In this document: positions 24,229 through 38,701 of the stretch, piece by piece
Position numbering within the stretch: the first letter of the stretch is position 1
Layout of the letters: each line of letters opens with the position of its first letter
DNA from: Paraphysomonas bandaiensis
Taxonomy: Eukaryota; Protista; Chrysophyceae
DNA length: 64,000 nucleotides
Direction of reading: 5' to 3'
Assembly (NCBI GenBank): GCA_965644295.1
Contig: CBFFRP010000442.1
Location: 1-64,000 of the forward strand
Translations under genes and position numbers: made by a program
Notes under the pieces: model-generated
Seen by the model: only the letters and a program-made list of their open reading frames with translations
Told to the model about the DNA's origin: nothing
Databases searched by the model: none

Positions 24229-25876
24229 AAATGTATTCTACTTTTACTTACGTATTTGTGGATAAATGTATCATGGATAAAAACAAGGGTCTATGTTATT
24301 CATTTAGCGGTCACTATGATTTTTCTGCAGCGCAGCGTATCTTACAATACATATACTGTCTATTCACATACCTATCGAAAGGTGTTTTCCGAAAGCGAAA
24401 ACAGCTCTTGATTATTTAGACTTGATGTGGCATGTATATATGTATATTCCTTAGTATGGCAATTACACGAAAATCTAGTAAATAGTTTTGCGCTCTACAA
24501 CCTATAGAGCAGAATTAGTTTCAGGAGAGTAAGTAATGAATATTTTGGTGATTTAATCGGTGCTCCAGTTTTAGATCTACCACATTCACTTGAAATAGTG
24601 CTTTCAACTTTCGACAGTACGTTGTACCATCATTCACTCTCTCGAGGTGTTTGCTTCACCACACTTTAGACTTCATGATGCAGAAAGTCAGTATTTCATG
24701 CTTATCTAGTACACGAAAAAAACCATGAAGATGCTATATATATACAGAGAGAATAGAAATCTGGTTGGAATATGAAATAACCTACAAGCGAGGGCACAAC
24801 AACGTACCCTTGCATCACAGAAGTTGGAATATTTTCTACTATAATATATGATGTATATAATATACACGTTATACGTTATCAATTTTGAAATCAAAATTTC
24901 ATAGGCCTTCTACCTTCGAGATGTATAAGACAGTACAGGCCCATGTGGCACTCTGATCATAACTTATAATTATAATTAAATAATATTATATAGATGATCA
25001 GTGAGACGGTCAGAGGGCTTGATTTTCCAGAAATAGAAACTTTACTTTTTATCAGTAGTGTAGTGTCAACACATGTAAGTTAAAACTTACGCAAAGCAGC
25101 GTGTCACGCACTCCTCGCCGTTAAGGAAAGACAGGCAAAGCTCTGAACATAATAGAACTGCTCACAAAACATGATGTATGCTACCAACAGAGAATTATGA
25201 TTTTACTTTAGAATCACTTGGTTCTGGGTTACTACCAATTATGGAAAAATCCTGATGCTGTCCATATACTTATTGAAAACATAATATCTAACGGACGAAA
25301 CTGCACATTAGCTAGAGTGAAGAGTCTGGTAATACGTTTTAATTTGATATATGAGGCATAAATTTGTTTGGAGAGAAATATGCAACATGCGCATTCTTAT
25401 AAGATTGTTTACATGCAAAATGAAAATTACACAACAACTTATCATTTCTGAAGGAGAAGAGGGGTAAAGACGTTGTTGTAGCTAGTCGACAACACAGTTG
25501 GTTGTGTCCGTATTAATCAATATATATTCCGTATTAATAAACAATGGGTAGTTGAATTGCTCGATAGATATACACGTTCTATTTTACTTAGTTTTGAAAC
25601 TGTGATTTTGTACTCCACATTACGAGCTTCGACTAAAGCTCCCTTAATTATTATCACGTGAACCTGAAATACTTTCATCTATTACTGCAGCAGTGTACAT
25701 CATTTGTTCAAAGATAGAATTGCTCCAATATTAGATTCAACTGCTTTCTCAACAATCACTATTCCTCATATACATCACAAAACATGAGACATTTTCTAAC
25801 TCTATTGCAAATTGCAATATCTGATGCATCTAATCACATTACTGAAAACGTTGACTTACATCAGGTGTGTAACATG

Positions 25877-28800
25877 CTACCCCGATTCAGACCACTCCAT
25901 CCTGCACGCCAAGTACATATCCTCGCCTTGTCTACTGGTAAGCAAATACTCCTCATCAAGTGGTCCTTTGTGATTCGCCACGTCGATGAGCCTCATAGAT
26001 AGTTCTGCCAGTATCGAGTCGCCTCTCAAGCGATTGTCGTGCATTACTTTCACAATCAGTACTGAATTGACAGGATCATGAACAACAAAGTTGAACGACT
26101 CATCGAACGACGGGTCATGGTGATCCTAAAAATCACAATAAATATGATATATAAATCTCCCAACCAACACTACATAATCATGTACTATATCTGTGCCAGA
26201 CACATACGAAATGTAGAAAACGAACTTTAAATTCGGTTTTCGTTTAGAGTGAATTGCAATGTGAACCAAAGTACTTGCGACATGCCACATAAATACCTTT
26301 TGAACAGCAGTTTCCTTTTTTACGCTCCCCACACTGAATATGACATACGGCCGCACAGAAGAAGAAAGCATAGTGTGGACTTTAAAGTTCCTTCCTCGAA
26401 TGCAACTTATAGTAAGCACCCCCGTACGGTTTCCAGCACCTGTAAACACAACACAAATCACTAACAGAGCACCACAAAGAAACACGGGATTTAATCATTT
26501 CCATTTTTCGATTTAAAGTCATACCTCTAAAACTGGATTGTTTAGATGGTGATAACTTCTTCGAAATGCGATGAGGGGATTTTACGTACTCTTCAGTAGT
26601 TGCTGAGGAATCAACAGCTGAAACGCTATGCTGCAAGTTCGCTCGAGCAGACGCAGCAGCTGCTTTTAATCCAGTTACCTAAATATTTAAATTTCGTTAA
26701 GCACGAAACAACGCACAAATATATATATATATGAGCATCAAGCTCTTCTAACCTGGTTGACAACACCTTGCACAGTAGTTGCGCGCTTCAAAGACTTTCC
26801 ATTCGGAGGATTATCTCCAATATCAGCGTCAACAACTTCAGCCTCCAAAATATCACTTGTCAGGGCACTTGGCGAAAAATCAAAAATAACATCTTTTGCT
26901 TGTTCAGCATCTTTCTCATCTCTCTTTTGAGCAGCAGATTTCTTCAGTGGACAGTATTCACACTCTAGCTGAATGGTACCAGTCGAAGTCTCCAGCAAAT
27001 CTAAATCCAGTTCTGTCACTTCAAAGTTTGGAAGGGAATCGAGCTGAACAGTAACTTTTCCTAAGAAATCGCTAGCAGTGCCGATGTCGTAGTCATAGAT
27101 CATCAACTCAACAAACTGAGTTTCTTTATCAAAGACCATGATATCAAAATTTTCGTTCCTGTGTTACAGTACAATGTTGCTCACACATGCTACGACTTCA
27201 ATCAAGAGTACTTACCACACGGGATTTAATGACTTCTTGACAACCGCTGTTTTTTGTACAGTATCCATAAACCGTACTTCACAAAAAGGATCAGACGATG
27301 TCAAATCTGCGACTTTCAATTTCTTTGCACTGATTACGCGTAAATGCAACAAACCAACAGGAGAGATGTTAGTCAGTGCTTTCACATCCACATCTGGCAC
27401 CATGGGGATGACGAACTTTGATGGATACAATGCGATGGTTGTGAGAATTGATCGAATTATATTGTTCACAGCAGCTGCAAATGAGTGACAATGCGTTAAG
27501 TGGCACGCTAAAGTGAGAATGGGTTTTATGCTCTACATTGCACACGAATAATGCAAAAACAAACGATAATACTATCAAGAGACATGTGCATTTAATGTAA
27601 CGATTGGAAGCTTACCAGCAACATTGTATTCAGCGGCACCAATATTCATAACATCCAATGCGCCCACTTTAAATGAGAAATCCACAAATGGTTTTTGCAT
27701 GCACGTAACAGTGATTGCACCGAAACAAGGAAATCGCGGGATTAAGGGAGTCAACTCAACTCGAAGTATGGCTGAGATGCGGATATCACTCAGCTCAATT
27801 GTCAGCGGGAAACCCTTTTGTCCTACTTCCAATGCCACCTGATATCCATAATAATTGCTTTTCATAAATTATAAAAAGAGTTTTACCTCAGGGTTCCCGG
27901 CCCACTTCAGTTCTAAATCTAGCCTCACACAGTTTTCTTCGGTACGGTGATTTCTGATTCCAACAATAACTGGTGCAATGGTACCCAGTGTAATTCTCGA
28001 AAAGCACAGAGAGGATATATATCCCGGTTTATACGAATCTAGTATTGGTTGCACAGTTTCCATAATAACAGCTTCTGTTGACTCAGACACCGAAGACCAC
28101 AACTTCGTCAACAAATCGTTAAGCCATTGCACGCGCTGAACGTCTGAGTGTTTGATCCAAGACGGCATCTCTTCAGCAACATACTTAAGTATCTGCGCAG
28201 ACGATTAAAATGAAATCCGACTATTACAGCACTTCTCATTCTCATATAACTATAAGTACACCCCAAGCTGCTTATAAAATCTTACATTAACATCACTGAC
28301 AATCCCAATCGCAGCTTTCCTGTCTTGTCTGTCTTTGTCGGCTTTCAAATATGACACATACATCAATGATAGTGGCAAATAATACAACGGAGAAATGCCA
28401 ATAGACTGTAGTGTAATTGGTAATGCAACAATACCCATCAGAAACAATGGATTATATCCAAAAGGTGAGGAATACTCAGAGGACAGCTTCGCTGCCACAA
28501 CATTACGCTCCAATGCCTCTTCACTAGCCGCAAGAACTGGGGGGATGTCACCCTCTTGTGCATGAAGACTGATGAAATGTAAATACATAAAAGCGAAAAT
28601 ATGAACCACGCCTTAAAAGTAGTACCATAAATATAAAATATAATACAATATAGAAGCTCAACGTCATGAATAGTTGAAATATAAATAATAATGGTGACTA
28701 CTTGTACTACCTATACAACGCCAGTCGCTCGTCCGCCAGTGCATGTCGCTGCCTCGTTGCCTCCTGTGCTTGCTTTTCCTGCACCCACCTATACTTACCG

Positions 28801-31717
28801 GTCAGAATATAGTCGACGACGTTTATACAATAAAAATATTTACAGGAATGAGAGCATATAATGAAACACAATATTTGTGCAAAGTAACGATACAGTATTG
28901 CACAGCTCGCAGTATTCGCACCTCGGAACATCATCAATGACACTCGACAACACCATTTTGAGAAGCAATAGCGAATGCTCCAATATCACCATGAGAATGA
29001 ATCTGCACGAGAATAAGCGTCAACTACAATGCTATGATAAAAAGTAGTGCTAAATCAGAAGGCCCTCAATATAGAAAGCAATTGACAATACAGCTATTGG
29101 TAGTGTATTATCTCACAAACGAATATATAAAACAACACTGACAGAATATCAGTGCGGGTACGTACTTTGCTTGATCAGACTGAAATAGCGACTCATAATC
29201 GCTTGGAATAACGGTATTGAGATTGTCAGAGACAATGCACAATAAAAAACAATTGCTTAACACAGCAGCAAAATTTAATATGGTCAGACAAGTGAACCAC
29301 CCTCCAATTGTTGACCTGAGAAGTTCAAATACCATATCAGTCGTACTGATGTCACATCCATTAATAAGCAAATATAAAATCCGCAACAAGACTACAACGG
29401 CGGTGAGAAATTTACGTGATGTAAATTACCTGTCGGTAAGGGGCGGGCGACGACTACGGGAAAGTTTCACAAAATCTACTTTGGCTTCCATCATATTGTT
29501 CAAAAGAGCAAGCGCGGGTGCAATGGGAAACACCACAGCAAACATCGTCACGTAACCAAACTGCAAACAATTGAAGGAAACATAAATTTAGCTGTTGCGA
29601 ATCCCATAGGAGGAATTACAGCAAAATGTGATTATCAAACAAAAATTCGTAGATGGCCGCTGCATACAGACGGCTATGCAATGCTACAACTATCCCATGT
29701 ATCAGCAGACAAAGTGCACCTGCAATATTAGCTCCAGGTAGTCTGCTCTGAGGTTATACTCATCTCTCTCAAGTTCCTTGATTACACGGGATTTCCAAGT
29801 TCTGTTGTTGATAGTATTAGTATTTCTGTTAATGCAAATAGATGGCATACGCACAACACGATGTCTACAGTAATATCATTTCCATTACTTGTTAGCAGTC
29901 TCGTTATCAACGAGAGGGTCTAAACTTTCTCCTTCACATATTGACGCCGTGTCTGGACCATCTTTACTCTGAAATAAAGCCAATGGTAAGAGTTTTTCGA
30001 ATAATCAATTTACGAGCAAATATCACACACAACAGTACAAGTGACGGAGAATGTGAAATATTACCCTGTTCGTAAGTTTCCCATAATGCTTTAGACCAAG
30101 CTTGACAAGGGCAGGTGTAAAGAGCTCAAGAATATTATCCACAATCTGCCAAGAAAGTAACTATAGATGTAGAATACTACTCCATGTGATTTAATATAGC
30201 AAAAATTACATTGGCGCAATGCAAATTTAAGTTGAGGGCAAATCATTCATACAAACGCTCAGACGCACCGCATTTGTTATGAGCATTGAAGCCAAGAGTG
30301 TTCTAAGTCTCTCCTGGTCTCTAAGGTAAAATGCCACGTATATAAGTGCACAGTAGCGGTTAACAAACTGAAAAGCAAACTGCTTGATGATTAAATGATG
30401 TTCTTTCTCCGCCTAAAAGTCCAGTCAGCTCATACGTCAAGTCAAATAAAAAGTAGACATAAACATATAAGCAAGTCAGCTCTAGCTGCACGACATACAT
30501 TCACTGAAACTTACAGGTGTACTATGGCATTCGTAGTTATTTAGCTGCACCACAATCAAGTCATACGCAAACCCAGCCACCACCGGGAGAAGTGAATACA
30601 CAACAGTAGGCCAATATCCAAGTATTGATGAGCCATAAATCTCATTCGCGGTGTCCATCAGATGGATGAAGTATACCATAACGCGCACAAGAGACAATAT
30701 CATGATAACGATTGCTGGTATGGTTACCGCAAACCGGAACAGCTTGTTAGGCTGAGGAATACCCAAACTCTGAATATATCATCTTAGACATACACTATTC
30801 ACAGTGCTAAACTGTGCCTACACACAGATACAACTCCAGGCATATGCATAATCACGCTATAGTCTTTGAAATACGGGCATAAAATAATTACACACCAAGA
30901 AAGTGCTTACACAACAATACAAGTTTGCACGATATTACCTTCGCGATTTGCTTCTGCTGCTCTTCGTGGTCAGCATTGTAGACCCCCCAACTGTAGGCCA
31001 AGGCTGAATTTCGCCTTTTCCAATACTCGAGAAATACTGTGCTCCACACGGCAATTAGTATCATAAAGTAAGGGCTATAAGGATCGTCTACATGACCCGT
31101 ATATAGTTGATGGCAAAACAATACAGCGCCAGCAAGAGCAGGTGTGATTAAAAATTTGCTGTAGAATGATAGCCACGCAAAGTAGAGGGATATTTGAGAG
31201 CCGAAGTAATCATTCAAGGCCTGTAAATCCAGACCATCTGTGGCTGTATTGCCCAACATACTAATCTGTACCATTCACAGACAAAATAGTCAATTAGGAG
31301 ATATGATGGAGCGGATAATTACAGGACACATACCTTCTCGGGCTGATGCATGACCCAAATATCTCCATGCTTAATTCCAGAGCGCTCAATGATTTTATGT
31401 GAGCGGTACACAATACGTGTAATATCAGCATGTGAAGAATTTCCCATCGAACGCACAGGAAAATTGTACTGAATAGCTAATTTAGTGTGCAGCTTTGGCG
31501 ACAGAGTCAAAACAAGAGCGTGTTTATTGTTTTGTTTGAGGGCATATTTCGGTATGAATCCTCGTTTCTTCAGCTCATAAGAGACTGTCTTCATATCACC
31601 CTCAACTCCGCTGATGAGAATATACGGAAGAGAGTGAACTCTGTTGTCAGGGGAGAGAGATGAGACCGACCCATCGCTGCTGTTGTTATGCTCCGCATAC
31701 TTCTTAAGTAACTCCAT
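25877..31717 (-). CDS. Anoctamin (TMEM16, ANO8/10-like) fused to an extended-synaptotagmin module (hairpin-SMP-C2-C2)
   Basis: ANO motifs DYFGSQISLYFAWL, FQFVNRY, DYLELILQFGYVTMF, LEHSLLLLK. Phase-consistent introns lead into MPSWIKHSDVQRVQWLN (SMP), SSDPFCEV...LNPVW (C2A) and a second C2 ending EWSESG*. Confidence 0.82.
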
Positions 31718-31989
31718 AGGAATATATAGAGAGATAGAGGAGACAGAGGGGTCAGAGTAACATCACTCACAGTCAAGGAGAGGGATCTTATCTGTATATC
31801 AGGAGAGCAGAGGAGGGAGGGCGGGTTGTATGCGGTATGATATGAGCGAGGAGATCATAGTGCACACAGGAGTACACAGCAGCCTACACACACTGTATGA
31901 TCATACATACAGACGTACACTACAGCAGTACAGTAGACTCATGTGCAATGTTGAGCTTGCTTTTTTCTGCTACTATGACAACAGTACTG

Positions 31990-32352
31990 TAGCACAGTAC
32001 AGATAGTACTGTAGTACATCCATATATCTAGAGTAGGGCAGTACGGTAGCACAGTACAGATAGTACAGTACAGCAGTACATGCCCATATATCTAGAGTAC
32101 AGTAGTATGGTAGCACAGTACAGATAGTACAGTACAGCAGTACATCCCATATATCTAGAGTAGGGCAATATGGTAGCACAGTACAGATAGTACAGTACAG
32201 CAGTACATCCCATATATCTAGAGTAGGGCAGTATGGTAGCACAGTACAGATAGTACAGTACAGCAGTACATCCCATATATCTAGAGTAGGGCAGTATGGT
32301 AGCACAGTACAGATAGTACAGTACAGCAGTACATCCCCATATATCTAGAGTA
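31990..32352. repeat. Minisatellite, 63-bp unit, ~6 copies
   Basis: CTAGAGTAGGGC recurs at 32155, 32218 and 32281; lies between divergent gene starts. Confidence 0.92.
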
Positions 32353-32476
32353 CAGCAGGAGCAGATCTGCGGCTCTGATGTGTGAGATGCTCATCCAGCT
32401 TGCTTCTATCTGTATATTCCACAGCAGACAGCAGCAGATCACACACATATACACACACATCTCCCGCCCAGTGAGT

Positions 32477-34907
32477 ATGAATAGCCCCTCCAAGATATTC
32501 AATGACCCCATACATGGCCACATAGAGATCAGCAGCCTGTGTGTGCGTATCATCGACACTCCTGAGTTCCAGCGACTGCGTGACATCAGCCAGTTAGGGG
32601 GGGTCTACTATGTGTTCCCAGGAGCTGCCAGTAAACGATTCGAGCACTGTATTGGAGTATCTCATCTAGCTAAAACATTTGTTTGCAAGTTAAGGGAGGA
32701 ACAACCGGAGCTCAAGATAACAGATGCGGATGTTCTCTGTGTGGAGGTGGCTGGACTGTGTCATGATCTTGGGCATGGACCATTCTCTCATCTCTATGAT
32801 GGAAAGTTCCTCAAAGCAGTCAATCCTCAAACAGATTTTGTTCATGAGCATGCTAGTGTCGGTATATTGGACCTTCTTATACGCGAAAACTCACTTGAAG
32901 CTGAATTTGAAAAGCATAATTTGACCTCAGATGGTGCATGGAAATGTTCGCCTCGCTGTTATCGCACTCTAATTGTATCACAGATATTCATTTCATCAAA
33001 GAATTGATTCTTGGTGACGAAGCTGAGGCTCCCGAGGGATTTACATGGAAAGGTCGAGGAGACAAAACTTTTCTATATGACATCGTTGCCAATAAGAGAA
33101 ATGGTATTGATGTCGACAAGGTAAGGGCACTTTATGTTTGTCTATGTCAATGAATTTTGTATAATAATGCTAATGAAATTTGCGTTTTTTAAGCATATTA
33201 TAAATGACAACTGCACGAAATGTATTGTTTATGTTATACTGATGTTTAATTGTGGATATGTCCAGTTTGATTATTTTGCCCGCGATTGTCACGTGCTTGG
33301 TTTAACTAAGAGCTTCGACTGTTTACGTCTTATGCGATTTGCAAGGTATTTAGTCTGCAATTATTTCAATGTGGCATCTTGGTTGTAACCATAGTCCCGT
33401 AGAGTGCACACGATACACCGGTCAGCAAGCGGTGACTTTGTCGATAGTGCGGCGAATACTGTAGAAATCGAAGACACAAGTGGACATACGGCGACTGAGA
33501 TATGTTACCACATTAAGGAAGCGTGGAATCTGTTTGAGGTATTAGTTGCTGAATAAAATTTCATTTTTCAGAGAAGTTTATACTTCAGTGTATTATTTCA
33601 GTGCATGTATTGTGTGGGCAACTAGTATTCGCCATGTAATGTTATGTATATTGGTGCGAAATCCACCTAATGATACATGTGTAGCTCTTTCACACAAGAT
33701 ATGCGCTTCACAAACGGGCGTATCAGCACAAGGTTGCTTGTGCCGTTGAGCTAATGATAACCGAAGCATTGGTGGCTGCGAACAATCATGTAACAATACC
33801 TGGTATGGTGAAAATGTACTAGGCTCTCTCTCGTTGTTACACTTGCATTGGCAGGACTTAACGGTACACCGCGTCGCATGTCTGATTGTCCGCTTGATAT
33901 GCACGCCTATTGGAAATTGGGAGAGTATCTTATTAGACAGATAGAGAACTCCACTGATGATGTAAGTGTGAATTGCTTGCTGCATAAACTTTTCGTGTAT
34001 ATATGTCGTTCTGTATATATGTCGTGGATAACCAAATTGCTCTGATAATTCTGTCCACAGAAACTCCAGGAATCACGTGATATAATGCGTAGATTGCGCA
34101 AGCGAGATATATTTGCGCACATTGGTGAAATCTTGCTTACTCCTTCTCAGAAACACCTAGCAAAGGATGGGGGTGTTAAGGCTAAGGCTGATTTACTTGA
34201 AATTATATATGCTCAATCTCCTCCAGGTGGTGAGTGTGAGATAACAGAAAAGGACGTTATTTGTGTAGTTGTGAAGATGGGATATGGAAAAGGAGGGAAA
34301 AACCCTGTGATGGTAAGTCTCACCTCTGGTATTGTGTTGTTGATGACTGCGCTGATAAAGTTAATATCTAAGCTAACAATAGTATCTTTATAATTCGAAC
34401 GAGAAGTTTTCCCAGTGTAAGAGTAACGTTGTTTTTAGGATTTAACAGCATTTTATAGACCGGAGAAGAGACACAGTACTGAATGTGATGAGAGTAGCCA
34501 GTTTGCAGTTGGCATTTTACCACCAGGTTTGCGTTTCTTGTTGTGCTTTTGTCATATTGCTCTTCGAATATATTAGTTTTGTACTAATATATATTCTTCA
34601 ATTACTTCGAATAGCGTCAGTTAGTCGGTTAATTCCAACCGAATTTGAAGAACTCTATCTCCGTGTGTACACAAGATACAAACACCATCGAGAAACCGTA
34701 ACGAAAGCATTTGATAAGGTATGAACCGAACGTGTGTAGTTATTTCTACCCACACCTATGCAAATTATGTACATATCAACTTCCTAACCTTTGTATAATT
34801 ATGTTTCAATGCAGTGGTGCGACTTAATGGAATCTTCATCAAATGCTCCGTTTACACTGTCGCCGACTAAATCTCCACGAAAGAAGAGGAAGACAGCTGC
34901 TGATTAA
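32477..34907 (+). CDS. SAMHD1: SAMHD1-like HD-domain dNTP triphosphohydrolase (no SAM domain)
   Basis: [78 protein letters not shown]. Confidence 0.9.
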
Positions 34908-36130
34908 TGACTATAAGATTAAACAGTTTAAAGCATGTCATTATCAATGGATTGTTGAGTCTTTGCTAGAAGGAGCACCACTTTGGTGTGTTGCGTTCCG
35001 AGACAGCGTGTCTGTTATTTGTTTTGACAACATCTGTAGTAGTCGTTGTCAACAATAACTTCGTATCTAATTAATTGAACGATGTACATCTGTATTGTGG
35101 TGTGGTCGCTTGTGATTTCTGTAAACTCACTTTGATTATCTGTAAACTCGCCCATTGCTAATAGTATGGCTTTCAATATCTACATGCTACGCTTGCGCCC
35201 ACATTCTTCCACAGTTTCACACCCTTGTCTGATCCGTTGACCTCGTCGCTCACTTTTCTCTGACCCTTCTCCTTCAGCGACCTCATCACTTTCTACCTCT
35301 ACTATTGAGGTTTTCTTAATTCACTAACCTCGGCACGATCTTAACCACTGCAGATACCTTAAAATTTTCCATCACATACCTAACTCCCATGAACTGTTTT
35401 ATTTTTCATTGGGATAGTTCTTTCTACCTCTTACCGACTGGAGTTATATCTGTGCTCTTCACCTTAAACTTTTGATACAACTCAACAGTTTGACCAATCT
35501 CTGACGGTATTACGATATCTAATTGCACTAGCAGGAGTGACGAAGCCAAAGAGAGATAGGCAGCAAGATATTAGAAAAAAAAAGCTGGGCTGCAAAACAA
35601 TTGTCAATTAATTGACGCAGGGTGTAGTCAATTAATTATAATTACAATTTTTACTTTCTGTCCCAATTAATTGAATTGTGCAGTTAATTGATAAAAACCT
35701 ACGCACTCAAGTAGCTATACATTAGCCGCCAACATAGCTTGCTCAACTGTAACTTAATTCCAGAGGTGACGATTCATAAGCATAAGTAGCTCTAAACACA
35801 GAGGAAAGAGCAAGCCTTGAGGATGTTGGGTCCTCTGGGCAGTCTATGTAATTCATACTTCTTTTTCATTGCATTTCTATGACTTATACAATTCCCACTA
35901 ACGATGACAGTTTTAAAGTCAAGCAGGGTTTTGGTTGACTTACGAGTTTATTGTGTATTAATATTACGAATTCCAAACCCAACATAGCACTCTTACAGAA
36001 GCCAACCATTTTACGACCACAATACATTGCGTTTAGATCTCTGTAGGAATAAACACAATAGCGCACAGCGAATATATTGTAGTATTTATATCTCCCACGT
36101 TTCACACGGATCATTTGCATCCAATCACAC

Positions 36131-36900
36131 TCAGGACTTTCCTCCATTGTTACTACCCTTCGACTCTTCATACAGGTCCCAACAAGGTTTGCAGATGGTT
36201 CGTTTTAAGCATCCCAAAATCATTTTTCTTCCGAAAGGAATAAAAGAAGCTGAGTACCATATTGCTGCAAGGATCTCAATTAAGAGTAAGAACAGCACTA
36301 AAGCGATATGTTGTTTCTAGAATACAGACATTGAGTCAGTCACAAATTTGATTACTAAGATTGCATAAATACATACCGACACAGCTACAGCGAGCACCAC
36401 GATAAGCATTATCAAATAAAATGCGGTTGAGAATCGCCGGGTAGGGTGCCACATCTTTATACACTGTGATTTAGGGCCTAACAGAAACCCAGTTGCGCAA
36501 AGAGCGATAACGTTACCAATAACATAAAGAATGACAAAGGTACGAATATTTTTATCCGTCGGCCCACCGATTAACGTCAATGTGCCCTATACACTATAAG
36601 AGACTGGCTCATATACGAGACATACACTTACTATGAATGAGAGCAAATATCCGAAACCAGCGCACACACAGAACCCCCCAACCCTCTGAAGACACACGCA
36701 GTCAACACATACACTAACCGTTACACATAACTCACCTGTTTGAAACTGAGTTTAGGGCAGCACTTAGCGCACGCAGGCTCATCTTGAAAGGTGGGCACCA
36801 TATTCTTAGCAGACTCCGTCATCTTCTGAGACGTGGTCTTCCTGCCCATAAGGTCACCCCATGAACCACTATCCCTATCATTACCACCAAACAGAGACAT
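36131..36900 (-). CDS. SFT2: SFT2/Got1-family vesicle transport protein
   Basis: LSFKQR.GGF, FVILYVIGNVIAL..TGFLLGPKSQCIKM, WYSASFIPFGR; 4 TM segments. Confidence 0.85.
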
Positions 36901-36984
36901 AACCAGATAAACCACTAACAAGCCAAACCAACTAACTCTACCAAACCAACATACATACATGCCACAAAGGACACAACCTGCCTA

Positions 36985-37845
36985 TACATACATACATACA
37001 TACATACATACATACATACATACATACATACATACATACATACATACATACATACATACATACATACATACATACATACATACATACATACATACATACA
37101 TACATACATACATACATACATACATACATACATACATACATACATACATACATACATACATACATACATACATACATACATACATACATACATACATACA
37201 TACATACATAGCTACATACATACATAGCTACATACATACATAGCTACATACATACATACATACATACATACATACATACATACATACATACATACATACA
37301 TACATACATACATACATACATACATACATACATACATACATACATACATACATACATACATACATACATACATACATACATACATACATACATACATACA
37401 TACATACATACATACATACATACATACATACATACATACATACATACATACATACATACATACATACATACATACATACATACATACATACATACATACA
37501 TACATACATAGCTACATACATACATAGCTACATACATACATACATACATACATACATACATACATACATACATACATACATACATACATACATACATACA
37601 TACATACATACATACATAGCTACATACATACATACATAGCTACATACATACATACATAGCTACATACATACATACATAGCTACATACATACATACATACA
37701 TACATACATACATACATACATACATACATACATACATACATACATACATACATACATACATACATACATACATACATACATACATACATACATACATACA
37801 TACATACATACATACATACATACATACATACATACTTACATACAT
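36985..37845. repeat. (ACAT)n microsatellite with periodic AGCT interruptions
   Basis: Seen directly; between divergent SFT2 and Tim21-like starts. Confidence 0.97.
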
Positions 37846-37925
37846 GCATTCATCTTAGTCGGATGGTATCATTATTAATTGGGCGTATTTATTATTATAG
37901 CTCGTCGAATATATCATCTTTGTAA

Positions 37926-38701
37926 ATGTCGCGGTTGCTGTTGTCTGCTCGACGTGGATTAGTGCGACCTCTCATACAGGGGCGTATGCGTCCTCTTGCT
38001 GCTGAGCCTGTACGATTGTTCAGCACTGATAAGAATAAAGACGACAAGGATAAAGACAGCCCCCTGACAACATATAAGCCACAGCTGATGCAAGCTGCTG
38101 TTGTTGGTGGTGTGGCATTAACTCTATACGGTAATTGATATGTAGTGAATTGTATTGTTTTTATATAGTGGTTTCAGGTTTAAGTAGCTTCATGTGGGAC
38201 ATTACCTATGGGCTCATGAGCATGACTCCTATACAGAGTGGATATTACGGGTTTGTTACAGGTATTGCAACTAGTGGGACCGGTCTAGGTCTTGTGTATT
38301 ATGGCAAGCAACACCAGTCCGTTGATGTCAATTCTGCTATCCGCAACAGTATCTCTGTTCTAAACTCGAACGAGGATATTAGAAGCGTTATGGGGGGATC
38401 AGTGAAGTGCGGCGAGTTGGCTTCGTTTCGACACTCTTATGGATATTGGACTGTTTCTGGATTTCGTCCGAAGTGGATTCCGGCAAAGGCGGACCTTCTG
38501 TTTAATATCTACAGCGAGCGGACAGAAGGGGTCGTAAGTGTAGAGGCTGTGCAGAGAGGTGTTCAAGCCAATCTGGAGTTTGTAGGAGTGGACGTTTTCA
38601 ACGATCATTCTTCGAGGATACTTGTAAAGGGGAATGCAAGCGGATTTGAAAACCACGACGCTCTGTGCGCACTGGTGTCCTTCAAGAGCAGGGTCGAGTA
38701 G
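37926..38701 (+). CDS. Mitochondrial inner-membrane protein, Tim21/Coa1-like
   Basis: Arg-rich presequence MSRLLLSARRGLVRP; TM segments; LNSNEDIRSVMG...LLFNIYS..EGVVSVEA resembles the Tim21/Coa1 fold; one intron ~38131-38178. Confidence 0.6.

Noticed and set aside
31973-32352. CRISPR-like array or LPYCPTLDIWD ORF
   Set aside because: Contiguous 63-bp units with no unique spacers and no cas genes; a eukaryotic minisatellite.
35586-35700. Possible hAT-MITE remnant with CAATTAATTG motifs
   Set aside because: No matching second TIR or TSD found.
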